A stretch of 64,000 nucleotides of DNA from Adineta vaga. Its lineage: Eukaryota > Animalia > Rotifera. Shown here in pieces: positions 14,305-27,478 of this stretch. The notes below the pieces were generated by a model. It worked only from the letters and a program-made list of their open reading frames with translations. It ran no database searches and was not told the DNA's origin. The stretch lies in NCBI GenBank assembly GCA_021613535.1, contig CP075495.1, positions 9,176,001 to 9,240,000 on the forward strand, given 5' to 3'. Every line of letters begins with the position of its first letter. Position 1 is the first letter of the stretch. Both the position numbers and the translations under genes were made by a program.

Positions 14305-14816
14305 TAGTGACCGAAATTGGGATATTTGTTTATTTTTACATTTCGATTAAAATAGGAAATGATTTAAGATCTTTTTCCAAAAGAAATCTATAATCAAAAT
14401 AAAAACTATCTTTCAATCGATACAATAAAGATTTTCAATTTATTATATATTTTGCGCTTTATGCGTACTTTAAATAATATTCACAAACTTGATTGGCATC
14501 ATCTGTTGTATTTCGCCGATATAAAAAAAAACAAAGAAAAACGTCACTATTGTAACAACTATTATTTACTTTTCTTTCTTCCTTCATATCTCTGCTTCTG
14601 TCTATGAGTCCAAACCTCAAGTTGAAAAACCTTAGATGGCGCTTTTGTTCAATATGTATAATATCTGATTGGTAAGTTCTTCGAATAATCTTTATGAATC
14701 ACATACGTGTCAAAAGAAAGAAAGAAAATAACAAAACAACATCCACACATTAGTGACATTCTATTCTATTCATTTATTTTTTCCATTTCTTTCCCAGATA
14801 TGAATGAATACATTTG

Positions 14817-17800
14817 ATGTATTTGTCTACTCTTAATTTTATACTTATTCTTGTCGTGTTCATTGTTACAAATGCATCTGATCAATCGTTTTTGGGTACT
14901 CATTTTTTTGTTAATCAAGACAATATACTCATTGATAATACATTAAAAACTGTTTCAACATTAGCACGACCCTATGATCTTGTTGCATTTATTCGGCAAT
15001 CGGAGCGTTTAGCACGTGTTGATCATTTACAAACCTATATCGATGCTGTTGATGAAATAGCTGATTCATCATCATCATCATCAAATTTTGATAAACAAGA
15101 CAATGAAGAGAATAATGATATATGTAATGATTTTATTCAGAATGGTGAATCTTTAATATTTAAAGTTTTAAAAACAAATCTTTATGATACATTTCATATT
15201 CCATTTGAATTAAAAAATCTTTCAACTAATTATTCAAATAATGATAAATTAAAAATAAAAAAAATTCCGACATGTAATCAATTTTGTCAAATTAAAACAA
15301 GTAAAATAAACTTCATTCTATTTATTCATATAAATCTTTTCTTTAAGGCTTACTTACATTTGACCATTTACCAAGTATTTCAACTCGATATGATGAACAA
15401 CAAACTATACATATCGATGATGATGAATCAAATCCTTCAACAACAAATCAAGAACAACAAGTTCTATGGTCAATCAATGAATTATCTCAAAATCATACAT
15501 CATGGTTAGCATACGTATATTTAAGTCGATATTTTCATTCAAATTCTTCATACCATCATGCTATTGATTGTTTACGTTGTGCACTTATTCATGGTTCGAA
15601 TTATAATGATATAATTTTAATTGAATTAGCGAATATTGTTTTTCGTTATGGTTATATTCGTGATGCAATTGTATTTATTGAAAAAGCATTAGATTATCAT
15701 TTAACAATGAAAACTATCAATATTCAATCGTTATATATTCGTTCAATATTACATTATTATTTAGGAAATCTTTGTACAATTGATAATCGATTTTTATTAG
15801 CAATACAATTTTATAATCGAACGAGAATTTTATTAGAAAGAATAAAAACAATGAATGATAAACAACAAATTGAATGGTAAGAAAATTTCACTTTTGTTTT
15901 TCTCTCAAAATTTCACTTTTGAATAAGACATTTTCTTTTAGTCTTTCATCATCATCTCTTAATTCATTATCAATTTCATCCTTATCCTATTTATCTCAAC
16001 AGAAAATCGATGCATTACATTGTCATTTAACATTAGAATTATCTTTACAACATAAACATCATATTTTACAAACAAAACTTGCACAATTAAATCAACTTCG
16101 ATCAATAACAGATGAATTAATTCATTTAAATTCATTAATTAAACGAGATATGTCAAATGGTCAATCATTTATTGAAACATTACGAAAACTAAAAGTTCAA
16201 CAACAACAGATTATTTGTGATTGGAAACAGACTCAAAAATCCAAATTACCAAATCAATTGTCTTCGAAAAGAAAAAAATATTCAACTATTATGCAACAAG
16301 AACGAATCTGTTCGATAAATGAGAAAAATCTATATCTCATACAAATAAATAATAAAGATATTCTTGATCTCTTTGATTGTCGACCACGAGATAATCTTGT
16401 TAATATCAATGATGACGATGATATGAATTTTCATGAGAAACAATCAGTAAATTTCGAACAAAATCTTATGACATGTAAGTTATAAATCTAATGTGAATAT
16501 TTGTGAAATTGTTTTCTTTGGGATTTTTAGTACGCATTACAGCTAGTAGAGGAACTCATTCATCCTATGTATTAAAAGAAGATCGAAACGAACTTGCTCC
16601 AATAAAAACTAGTGAACAAGTAACATTAACATCAACAACAACATGGTCAACACTAACATCACGTTTACCAACTGATGTGATCAATCAATCAACACGAGAA
16701 ATTCTTTTCCGACAAACAAATGATCTCTATCCTCCTTTGAAAGACAAAACAGTTATTAAATTAAATGAACAACAATTACCAAGTTATATGGAATGTCAAA
16801 TACATTATTATGGTTTACCTACGATTGGTGATTATCCAACTGTTTGGTTACCATTAGAAAATAAAGGAATATCGAATGTTAAACAAGCTTTCTATCAAGG
16901 TTTAAATTATCAAAATAAACATTATCCATTACCATGGTCTCCACCATTGTGTACTTTAAATAAACCAATTAATGAACGTTTATCAATTATTGAAAATCAT
17001 TCGGTTTTAAATCGTTTATCACGTGCTAAAGCACCGACTAATCGTTATGATACGAATATGTTATTGAATTTATATTTATATATTGATTCAATTATTGATG
17101 AACAATTACCTATCGAAGAATTCGGTCAACGTTTAAGATCAGTGAGTGAAAAACATGAACATCTATTACCAGAATGGATTGTTCATTTATTATCGTCACT
17201 TTATTGGCGTGTTAATGGACATTTACCGCATGCTATTGATTGTGGATTAAAAGCACATGAAACTATTATTAAAAATAGTACATATAAACAATGGAGTGAT
17301 GTAACATTGATTAATTTGGCGAATATTTTATATCTTTGGTAATTAATTTTTTATTGGAATTTTTAGAAAAAAGATAGTGTGTCGAGATTGGATTAAGAAT
17401 ATTTTCAAGTTTATTTTTATCGACAGAAGTAACTGTCAATAGTCATTGAAATATAGATATAATGAAAGTTTTATATCGAGCGTAGTCTGCAAAACTTATC
17501 ATGATATGAAATGCACTTACACTGATTTGTAGTTAAATTTCATGAACTAAAATTTTTATTAATCAATGAAAGCACTATGCACTCTCATAAAATTGAAATC
17601 TAATAAATCATACAATAGAGAAAAAGTTACTCATAGAATACAATATCTGTTTTCTTTGTATTAACTTTCGCTTTAGTCTTTATCAATCCGATATATTCCA
17701 CCTATTATTCATTTCAATTGAAACTAACTCGTTCGTTAAAGATTAAGTTTACATTTTGTTATAGGGGTAAATATGAAGATGCTCTGGATTTAACTCAACA

Positions 17801-19666
17801 AGCTTATTCGATAAATTCACATGAGCCAACAACGAATTATTTTCTTGGAAATTTATTAGTATTAACAAAAAATAATCATACAGCTGCTCAAGAATATTAT
17901 CGACGTACATTAACAATTGATCCCACACATATTTATGCTCGTCGACAACTACGTCTTAGTTATTGTTATACAATGCATACAACATGGGAAATGATGGGTT
18001 GTTCAGATAATAAAAATTCTTGTGATGAAAAAACAATTCGCAGTGAAAGTATGAAATGTAATTTGATGTTGTCACTTCAGAATCAGAAATCACGTGAAAC
18101 TACTATGGCATTAGCTCATAGTGGAATATATTCATCTTCGTATCATGATCAAAATACTCAATGTATGTTGTGTTCGTTTGTGTTAATTTGAAAGAAAAAA
18201 AAAGAAAAACTTGATGAAAATATTAAAATGTTCTTCTTTTTCTTCTCATTGAATTTCTAGGTCAAAAATCGCTTGGTGATAATCGTTCATCGATCGACCG
18301 TTGGCTTAATCGTTCATCATCAATTTTGTCACTTAAACGTGAAGAATTAATTCATGATGCACGACGTGCTTATAGCCGATATGGTTTATGTTCAAATAAT
18401 CATATTCATGATGAATGTTCTCAAGGTTTTGCTGTAACAAATAATGGATATGATATTGGTCATATCATTATAACATATGATCATTTAAAAAAATTCTTTC
18501 ATTATTCCTTGGTATTTTCAACTGATTATGAAAATATCTTTGGGAAAGAAGGTCAAAACAAATGTCTTATCTTTGGTACAGGAAGAAAATCTTCGAAATG
18601 TCGTGATTTAAATCTTCTTGATCCAAATGATTTCCACATGAAACATAATATGACATGGTGGCGTGATCCATCGACAATATATGAACATTTGAAAGAACTT
18701 ATTGAAATAATGAATTATGAACAACAGTTTATCAATCAAACATATTTATATGAAAGAAATTTGTATGAAAATCATTTTTCTGATCAATATCTTTTCTCTA
18801 AAGATATTCTCGACAAATATTCTCCTAATAATTCAATTGATTTCAATGAAACAAATTGTCAGAATATGTCAACAATTACATATACACCTTATTTATCAAC
18901 ATGGATATCACCACAAACAAAACATATTGTATTAAATTATACATTTTTTAAAGAATTACAAAGTGAAAATGTCGATTTAATTGAACCAATTTGTTCTCAT
19001 CCGATAATTAATCAAACTGATACGAGTAAAAATGTTCGATTGATAGATTACGTTATAAGAAAAGTGAATGGAAATTTAACACTCTATCGTGCCGAAACAA
19101 TTCTAAAGCCAATTTTGTTGAATTTAATTTTTGAAAAAAATCCAACAATTCTAAATAAAGGAGGTAAACACGAAACCATATGAAGAGACAAGACATCTGA
19201 AAATGTTAACAACAATCCTTATTTATTTCTAGGTGATGAGAGAGTTCATATTGGATCATTTCTTGCTTCTGGTTTGAAATCATCTAATTATAATACATCA
19301 TGGCTTTATTTCCATACTCTTTCTCTCTATTGGCGTCTTATGGGCAATGCATCTCAATCATTGAATTGTCTTTTTCAATCTCATGTTTTATCACCATCCA
19401 ATGTTCACGATTTAACATATCTTTCGATGGCATTAATACTTTATAATAGTCAAATATATATAAATGAAGCTATTTATTTACTTTATCAATCCTTAGCCAT
19501 TGATTCTCAGAGTCTTCTTCTAACACATTTTACATTAGGTAATGCCATGGCAAGAAAAGGTCATTTCGATTATGCTGAACAATGGTATCGATCAACATTA
19601 AATTTAAAATCGGATTTTGAACCAGCTAAACAACGTTTACGTGCTATTCAATGTTCATTTTCTTAG
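14817..19666 (+). CDS. TTC17: Tetratricopeptide repeat protein 17, multi-exon
   Basis: Signal peptide then GTHFFVNQD...RPYDLVAFIRQ; repeated TPR blocks SLYWRVNGHLPHAIDC, LINLANIL, SLYWRLMGNASQSLNCL, HFTLGNA, FEPAKQRLRAIQC. Confidence 0.85.
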
Positions 19667-19882
19667 AAAATCTGCTTGCTTTTTCTTTTCTTTGTTTCTA
19701 TTCCGTCCAAACAAATTCTTTTCTTTTGGTGTTCTTTCGTATTATCTCGGTTGAACAGTTACCTATGTATTTTGTGTGCCACATGATTTCTTTCGAATCT
19801 CAATTATTGAATGAATAATAATAAGAACAAAATTTATGGTTGTCTTTGTTTCTTTTGTTTTTCAGATTGATTACATTTAGTC

Positions 19883-20290
19883 ATGAAGATTCAATGGCCT
19901 CTTTGTGGACCTAAATTATCTTTATGTTGTTCAATTATATCTGTTTGGGGTATTGTACAATTTCTTCTAATGGGTGTTTTCTTCTATATGGAAGCAGCAC
20001 CATTATTAGAAGATTTCGAATTTGATCATAATACAAGTAATACGAAAGTTTTCAAAGAAAATCTTTCGAATGCATACAATCAACGTGCACATAATTGTTG
20101 GATTGCCGCATTTCTGTATGTTGGATTATTAGTCATTGCTGGTTCACAGTTTATGACTAATCAAAAACAATCATCAGATACAAATAATCCAACATCGATG
20201 TCGACACGATTTTCTGGTCTTAATTCGGAAGAGAATGGTTTTAATCGTCAATATCAAATGCAATATAATAGCGGAGAGAATGAACAGTGA
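19883..20290 (+). CDS. RNASEK: Ribonuclease kappa / V-ATPase subunit f
   Basis: CGPKLSLCCSIISVWGIVQFLLMGVFF...LLED...YNQRAHNCWIAAFLY. Confidence 0.92.
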   Translation: MKIQWPLCGPKLSLCCSIISVWGIVQFLLMGVFFYMEAAPLLEDFEFDHNTSNTKVFKENLSNAYNQRAHNCWIAAFLYVGLLVIAGSQFMTNQKQSSDTNNPTSMSTRFSGLNSEENGFNRQYQMQYNSGENEQ

Positions 20291-22138
20291 GAAATAAATC
20301 TCTTTTTATGTTGTATTCGATGTTAGATACGAAGATATAAATCTCTATTTATTGTATTGTTTTGTATAAATGTGATGTATTTGTGGTATTTATTGTTTAA
20401 GAATAAATAGATCATTATATTCATATTATCTCTTAATAATGTGAAAATTACAGAGAACATTCTAGAAAACCAATGGTAGACTTATATATATATGTAAGTC
20501 TAGCGGCAAACTTGTACTATTTATCCGCATAACTCTTATTATGTCTGACATACATGTGAGTGCAGACAATGGATACTCATATATGACGTGGTGTGATACG
20601 CTCGTTCGCGTATCATGCTCTAATGTAAAGTGTTTCTAGAAAATATATTATTTTACTTTTTCAAAATACTTATTTTCTGCTACAGTTACCTTGCCTCTAG
20701 GAAGTTAACGTTGTCTAAACAGCGCACATCCTTTTAAATTATACAAACGTATTAGTTGTTTATTTGAATTTTTGACATAAAATAGTCATTTCTATTCACG
20801 ACGTATTTGAAACACGTAATATACATGTATGTCTGCTGTTTTCAGCATCCACTTTTTTTTCAAAGACCATCATATTTGACATCTTATTAATCAATATTCT
20901 TACATACAGTTGTTGTCAAAAGTAATTTCCATTTGTCTCTCAATGCATCAATGAATTAATCTGGCGTTTCATAAACGACACCTCATTGTCTTTAACCATA
21001 TCGCGCATGATTCCCTATAACTTGATTCATTGTGATCAAATTCTACATTTTCAAAGCCATTGAGTAAATGCTAAATATCTAAGCAATTCATTGAGTCTTA
21101 ATGAGAACATCAGTATATTTGTTACATATTGATTATCAATGTTACACAAACTACATATTCAGGTAAAAAGGAATAGCGTTTTTTCTTACAGAAATGGATG
21201 ACACACAACGAAATCAACGTAATACTATCAAAAGAATAATAAAAAAAAACTGACGAAAGATTGAATTCTGTGCTAGAATTTCTGTTCTTTTCCATGTATT
21301 TAATGCTCGCAATTGTCTATATTCTAATATATTCAAAACCTTAAGTTGCATTATTAGAAAGAACAGGAGACGTTGTTTATTGATAAATTTCTATTGATAA
21401 GAATTATAGAAATAAAACATAAACCATCTGTTTAGATTAATCATGAAATTTGACAATGTATTCGGGATTTTATCGATACACAATTTATATTAATGAGTAA
21501 CAAAACCAAAAAGCTTAGGTTTGATCATTATACAGAGGGTAGTGGCATGTTTGAAGAAAAAAATGTTGTCTTACGAATACCCAGGTAAGGAATATCTCAA
21601 CATTTACTTTTATCTAATCGTTGCCTCTATATATATTAGCACGTTTATGACGAAAGATTATGCCTACATTCACTTTATAAAAGTGTACACTATTATGAAA
21701 ATTCAGTTTTATATTTATTCACTTCTATTGATAGATTACATGTTAAAGCTTGAACAAACATTTCCATTACACTACATTTAATCAAGACTATGTTGAGAGA
21801 ATAAGTCGTTGTCTTTTTTCGTAATGAAATAGCATATTCACTGTATGACAGATCAAATGACTTACGTTCTTCTATACTTGTGAGATTTTATTGTAGTTTT
21901 GAGAAAAACAAGATGCCGTGTGAAGTGTATTCATTTCATCTTGGAACTATTTCATGCATGGTTATCTTTAATCAATATTAAACAGTTGAAAGGAAAATAA
22001 CTCAGAACAAAAGAATATTTCATGTTTTCTTTCTCTTCTCTTTTTCTCCTCATAAAACTACGTATTTGTATTATTTAAGGCTAAATATTACCTAGCATCT
22101 TGATATAATCAACTACAAGGTTGAAATTTTTAGTTGAA

Positions 22139-23259
22139 ATGAATGAAAGTAAGTCATTTGTTAAAATTACATAGAAGATCAAAGTCTTTTTTTATATTTA
22201 ATATTTAAAGCGTCTATTATTCCTGTATATTGTTTGTATCCAAGTGCTAATTCAACAAATGTTCGAGAAGCTACATCTAACGAATGCAGATTTGCACGAT
22301 TTGCTGGTACCTTACTTCTTCTTATATCACTTGTATCATTTATAATCAATATACGTTCATTAATAAACACTCGTAAAACTATTCGTTTCTCTCGTCGTGA
22401 TATTGGTTTAGTAATAGGCATGTTTGTATCTTCTTTATGTGTGATCATTATAAGTGTTCCATCTGTAGTTCTTCAATGTTTTCTTTGTCGACGTTTATGT
22501 ATACATATAGTTTGTTACATGGAAGGTTTTAATTCATTTTTAAATGGTTGTGTCGCAATGTATATGCTTGTTGCCTTATCTATAATACGATATTCTACAA
22601 CAGCCAATTCTTCAATGCCAATAGATATTCAACGACAACTTGACCAACGAAATTTATATATTGTAGGTATGTGTTTTATTTTTGGTGGTATTTGGGCCAT
22701 TCCACCATTATTTGGTCGTATGAGTGCATATGCTCCAGAAGGACTTGGTTTCCATTGTGGTCTCGATTGGCTGGATCGATCATTAGCTGGAAGAATCTAT
22801 TTTCTCTTTTTATTTATTGGTGTTTTTTTTATACCAATTTCAATTGTTATCTATGTTAATGTTTACATACAACGTACTATTTATCGTTTAACTCATATAA
22901 AACCATGTATTTTACTAGAATTAAGTCCGAATCCGAATCCGAATCCGAATCCGAATGAAGTATGTATACGTCGACATGTATCAGATGTCTTCCATACAAA
23001 GGAAAAACAACGTTTACAACGTTTACATGAAGATCGTCGTTTTGTCGTTGCTACCGGTATTAGTGTTATTATCTATATTGTTGCTTGGACACCATATAGT
23101 ATTGTAGCACTTGCTCAAGTATTTGGTGATCGATTTTCGCTATATAATCCATGGTTAATGACCACATGTGCTTTTCTAGCTAAACTTTCAATGATAACCA
23201 ATCCGATTATTTATACCATGATACTCAAAAGCCATGACACGATAACACATACACGGTGA
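22139..23259 (+). CDS. Opsin (7TM GPCR with retinal-binding lysine); micro first exon MNE plus one large exon
   Basis: CYMEGF (TM3), WAIPPLFG...YAPEGLGFHCGLDW (ECL2, E181), AWTPYS, LAKLSMITNPIIY (Lys296 equivalent); GTAAGT intron after ATG AAT GAA A. Confidence 0.9.
22927..22956 (+). repeat. (CCGAAT)5 hexamer repeat encoding (PN)5 in opsin intracellular loop 3
   Basis: ccgaatccgaatccgaatccgaatccgaat read directly. Confidence 0.9.
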
Positions 23260-23417
23260 ACTTCTTTTTCTCATTATATTATAAAAGTACGGGGCATCAT
23301 ACAAAGAGAAAAAGAAAGAAAGAAAGAAACAAACAAACAACCAAAGAAGAAAAGACATGTTTTGTACATCTTTGATGTACTCACTAAATAGGAAGGAGTT
23401 GAGATTCATTGGACTGT

Positions 23418-23804
23418 TCAAGGAGAAGGCTTTTTTCTATTGTTACTGTTTGATGTTGGTTTTTTCGTTGTAGATGTTGGTGGTGTTGATGTTCGATCTT
23501 TTTCTTGTTGTTCACGTAAATTTTTGTAATTAGCCCATGTATCTGTATAAGGTCGAAATAGAGTTGATATATATTCTTTTCCTATATCTTGAACTCCTTT
23601 GAAGTCATCTCTCATATCTTTTTTCGTTTTATCCCATCCACCCGCTCGTTCATATTTACCTCGATGTTCAATAAATTTATCCTTGCTCACATTGAAGAAA
23701 TAAGCTGTTAATTGTGCTGCTCGTCGAATTGGATAAGATTCTGATAGGCGACGAATAAGTTCTTCATTATTGGTTAGATAACGCATTAATGAACGCCAAG
23801 GCAT
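23418..23804 (-). CDS. NCBP2AS2: NCBP2-AS2 (HIAR) homolog
   Basis: MPWRSLMRYLTNNEELIRRLSESYPIRRAAQLTAYFF matches the conserved LSESxPIRRAAQLTA motif. Confidence 0.85.
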   Translation of the reverse strand: MPWRSLMRYLTNNEELIRRLSESYPIRRAAQLTAYFFNVSKDKFIEHRGKYERAGGWDKTKKDMRDDFKGVQDIGKEYISTLFRPYTDTWANYKNLREQQEKDRTSTPPTSTTKKPTSNSNNRKKPSP

Positions 23805-24050
23805 GATCAATCTCTTTTTTTTCTTCTAAAAAACAATGTATGTACATAGATAGACAGTACTTCTGTTTTTTTACTGCTTTACAGTTATCAAAAGTCATAG
23901 TTAGTATATTTAAAAACAACAACAAAAATTAAATTGAATACTAAGTATAATACGAGAATAAGAAACAAGCGGAAACAATCACAGTAAAAACTTCTATAAA
24001 TAAAACGAACATTTCAATATCAACGTTCTTATCTGCGTATAGAATAAGTT

Positions 24051-25846
24051 TCAATGACAATTTTGACAATCTTTTGTGCACAATCTGCCTTTGTCAACGC
24101 GACATCGGCAACCACCCGATGTATCACCACGTCCACCTGGACCCCATCGAGGACCACGTGTTGGCCACTATATACGAAATTATTTAAATACATCAACGGA
24201 ACCATCAAACTACTTACACAAATTTCCATTTTACATTGTGTACATTGCAACCAATCACAACCAGATAATTTTTGAATAATTACTCGACAACCGGGACTAA
24301 ATTGTATCGATATTCAACGTAGACAATTAAAATTCAAAGAAAATACTTACCAATGCATCGCTTCACGTCTTTTGATCATCTCCTATAACGAATAGTTTTG
24401 ATATAAATATTAATATGAATCTTATCAATATTCATCTTACCTCTAAATGTTCTTGATCCTTACGAGCTGTTGCGTCATTTGTGGCTCGAATTTTAAGATC
24501 TTCTTGATATTCTAGACCTGCATATATGTTCACAGTTCATAATATTACTCTAATAATTCATCTATGTTACTTACAATTTTGACCTTCATGAACAGCAACA
24601 CAGGTCATGCAGATCCAATGTTTACAACCCTATAAAATACATAGACATAAATTTAAGTATCTGCTATCATTTAACAAAAGTAGACTGTACATACATCACA
24701 ATAGACTATATTATTTCCTTGTACTTGTTCTATAAACCACCATTGTCCACAATCCGGTGTAATACAATGAAATGTTTTATGTCGACTTTCAGCCCAACGT
24801 ACACCAATTTCATTTAATTTATCTACTAATCTTTGCTCACGTTTCATATCTTTCACAACCTTAAGAATAAATCTTTTCAAAATAGAAACAGTTAATAATT
24901 GAGTTTCTTTCTTACACCACGTAATTCTCTTTCACTGATAATCGTTGTACAATCATCATGTGGACATTTCAATAATGGTTCTGTACTTGTTTCAATCATT
25001 TGTAATACACAACGTTTACACATTGGATGTAAACAATGATGAAATAAAAGGCCTTTCGCTTTTCCAATTAATTCATAACAAATAATACATTCAAACTCTT
25101 CATTATTTTTATAATAGGCTGCATGTGCTTGTGCACGTAAGTCTTCTTGAAATGCTTTTGAATCTTCTTGATAACGTAGAAGTTGCTTTTCTTGTTCATG
25201 AATAAAATTCAAGTATTCAACATTTGTCATATAAATACTTTCACATCCAGTACAAATGGTTGCTGAATCATTATTTCCATTATGATGTGAACAAATGACG
25301 CAATACCAATTTGGTGGCTAAAAGAAAACATATATTAAGTGATGAAGAAGAGCTTATTTTTAGTATTCGTTCTACTGGCTTTGTTGTTGGCGCTGTAAAA
25401 TTATTTGATTCATTAATATTTGTAACAATTTTCTGAGACGATGTATCTGATTTGGGTTCGACACTTGTTTGTTCAGGCTATGTATTGAAATCGAAGAATA
25501 GAAAGTCCATGTAACAAAATTTGATATTTACCTGTTGAAATTTAGAATCTTTAAGACATTGATTCAACAGATCTTGACGAAGAACACGACATTTTTTACA
25601 TGATTTTCGTCCTGATTGGTTGTATATATGACAGCTCATACATTCCCAATACGCAGACTAAATACATAAAACTATAAATGAATGAAAGATCTCTTGAAGT
25701 TTTTATTTACCACAGGTGTTACATTCGTAGACAAATCATTATTAGTCTGAAGAAAATATGGATATATCTATATTCCTTCACGAACTCGTTTCGAGTTCTC
25801 AAATAAAACAATATGAACTCACTTTATCAATTGAAGATGTAGCCAT
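24051..25846 (-). CDS. RBCK1: HOIL-1/RBCK1-type RBR E3 ligase: NZF-NZF-RING1-IBR-RING2, no LTM/UBL of its own
   Basis: Spliced: MATSSIDK|...[21 protein letters not shown] (NZF), [22 protein letters not shown] (NZF), [22 protein letters not shown] (RING1), [11 protein letters not shown] (IBR), [30 protein letters not shown]|[38 protein letters not shown] (HOIL-1-specific C-terminus). Confidence 0.9.
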
Positions 25847-25973
25847 GTTGCTTCGATTAAAACCTCATGAATAATATCTAGAATAAGATTTCATATGAAA
25901 ACCTTTATATATGTAAAAATATCACCAATTTAATCAATATTTAAAAAAAAGACTGTTATACAGGTTCAAGGCG

Positions 25974-27365
25974 TTATTCTGTACGTTCAGCGAAACAAAT
26001 TTCACAATGATAACTATTCGGTTCATTTTTGCTTCGACAACTTCGACATGACCAAGGTCCCTATAAAAAGAAACAGGATTGCATTTGAATGGATAAAGAA
26101 AAGTTTTACATTTTCTGTAAACATTTTTCCATATGCTAATTGAAATAAAACAAATGTACTTTGTGGACCGACATGTAAATCAGTCATCGACTCGTCATCA
26201 TGTGCTAAACGACCATTAACAAATATATATTGACTATTAGGTGAACTTTGATAAGTTAATTCAAACTAGACGAAAATACAAACATGTATATGTAAATAAA
26301 GATTCAATTTTCTATACAATTGCACGTAGTTCACGAACAGTTGTTGATGGAAAAACATTCACAGGAATTCTTGGACCATGTTGATCAATACTATATAGGT
26401 TACCATCCAGTTGAACATAGATCCTAGATGTATGTTGAAAAGAGAAAGTTTAGAAACAAAAAGGATTTTTTTCTTTGTATATTTACATCATTTTTGCTTC
26501 ATGTGAATGACCGTTAGATGGTTTCACTTGAATTCGAACACCTGCCGAAGCTAATTGAGTAGCTAATCCAACAGCTTTATCCGTATCACCTTGTCCAATA
26601 CATTCGCCAAGTTCATGTATATGAGGGAGGAGATCTAAAATTTTCATTTTTATTTGAATTATTATATTTTATAAAGATTATTAAAGATATTGAAGACTAA
26701 TAGACATTATTAGTCGAATAGTTATCTGATTTAATATGAATGACGTATAAACTACTTCATCTTTATAGACAATACATAGAGTTTTTCAAAGTCGTTTGAA
26801 TAAAAAAACGTCAACAAAGATTCATCACGATTGATGATATCTGATCATATAGAAAATCCTTACCTTTAGCAGAAATATTTTGTGAATGATCTATGTTATT
26901 AAGATTATCATTAAGCGACGTATTGGTTTGATGATTATTATATTCGGAATCACGAGCACGACCATCTGATGATGCATTTCTAGGCAAATTATTGTATTTT
27001 TTTGTTAATTCGTCATGAAAGTTTGCTCGAGATATCTGATTTAACCAAAATTTGTAAATTCCACTTTTAAAACGTATTTCATCTGGTTGATCATTTGATC
27101 GTCCAAATGTGTACTTGATATCATGTTGAAGAGGAACATTAAAAATTTCCTACAAAAAAAAGATAATTATTTGAAGAAATATTTCACGAAAATTTCATCA
27201 TCTTACGCTTTTATTATCATCTGTATCGACTGCTCTTAATGAATAACTTCTATGATCATAATTTATTAATTCTAATATTGAATTTTCGGAATAATTTCGT
27301 TGACAATTTTTTTGATCGTTTGGAATGTATTGAATACGACATTTACTATATACTTCAATACTCAT
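25974..27365 (-). CDS. SHARPIN: SHARPIN-like protein: PH-like - LTM - UBL - NZF (6 exons)
   Basis: LTM IHELGECIGQGDTDKAVGLATQLASAGVRIQVKP; UBL IYVQLDG..VNVFPSTTVRELRAI|FELTYQSSPNSQYIFVNGRLAHDDESMTDLHV; terminal NZF exon GPWSCRSCRSKNEPNSYHCEICFAERTE* (26060-25974). Confidence 0.8.
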
Positions 27366-27478
27366 ATTATCTAAAATAAGAGAAAAGAAAAAGTAAAACA
27401 ATGTTCTCTATTACGAATAGATTTTTATCACAAAAATTAGTAAATAATAAATTGTCGAAACTATATTGTATATCTTAT

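Noticed and set aside
20454-20468. Perfect heat-shock element nGAAnnTTCnnGAAn
   Set aside because: Roughly one such match is expected by chance in 64 kb of AT-rich DNA, and it is far from any evident start site
20594-20640. Helitron 3' end (hairpin plus CTAG)
   Set aside because: Spacing is ~20 nt, CTAG is not followed by T, and no 5' end or Rep/helicase is evident
21521-21781. 86-aa ORF upstream of the opsin, and similar short F/I/L/K-rich ORFs (e.g. 37683, 38068, 38831, 46521, 49427, 58269)
   Set aside because: Composition reflects AT-rich non-coding DNA or microsatellites; no motifs, often non-ATG starts
24029-24250. ORF-track C-terminus ...[12 protein letters not shown]... for the RBR gene
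   Set aside because: Reads through an intron; splicing gives the conserved [12 protein letters not shown]...CQNCH end at 24051
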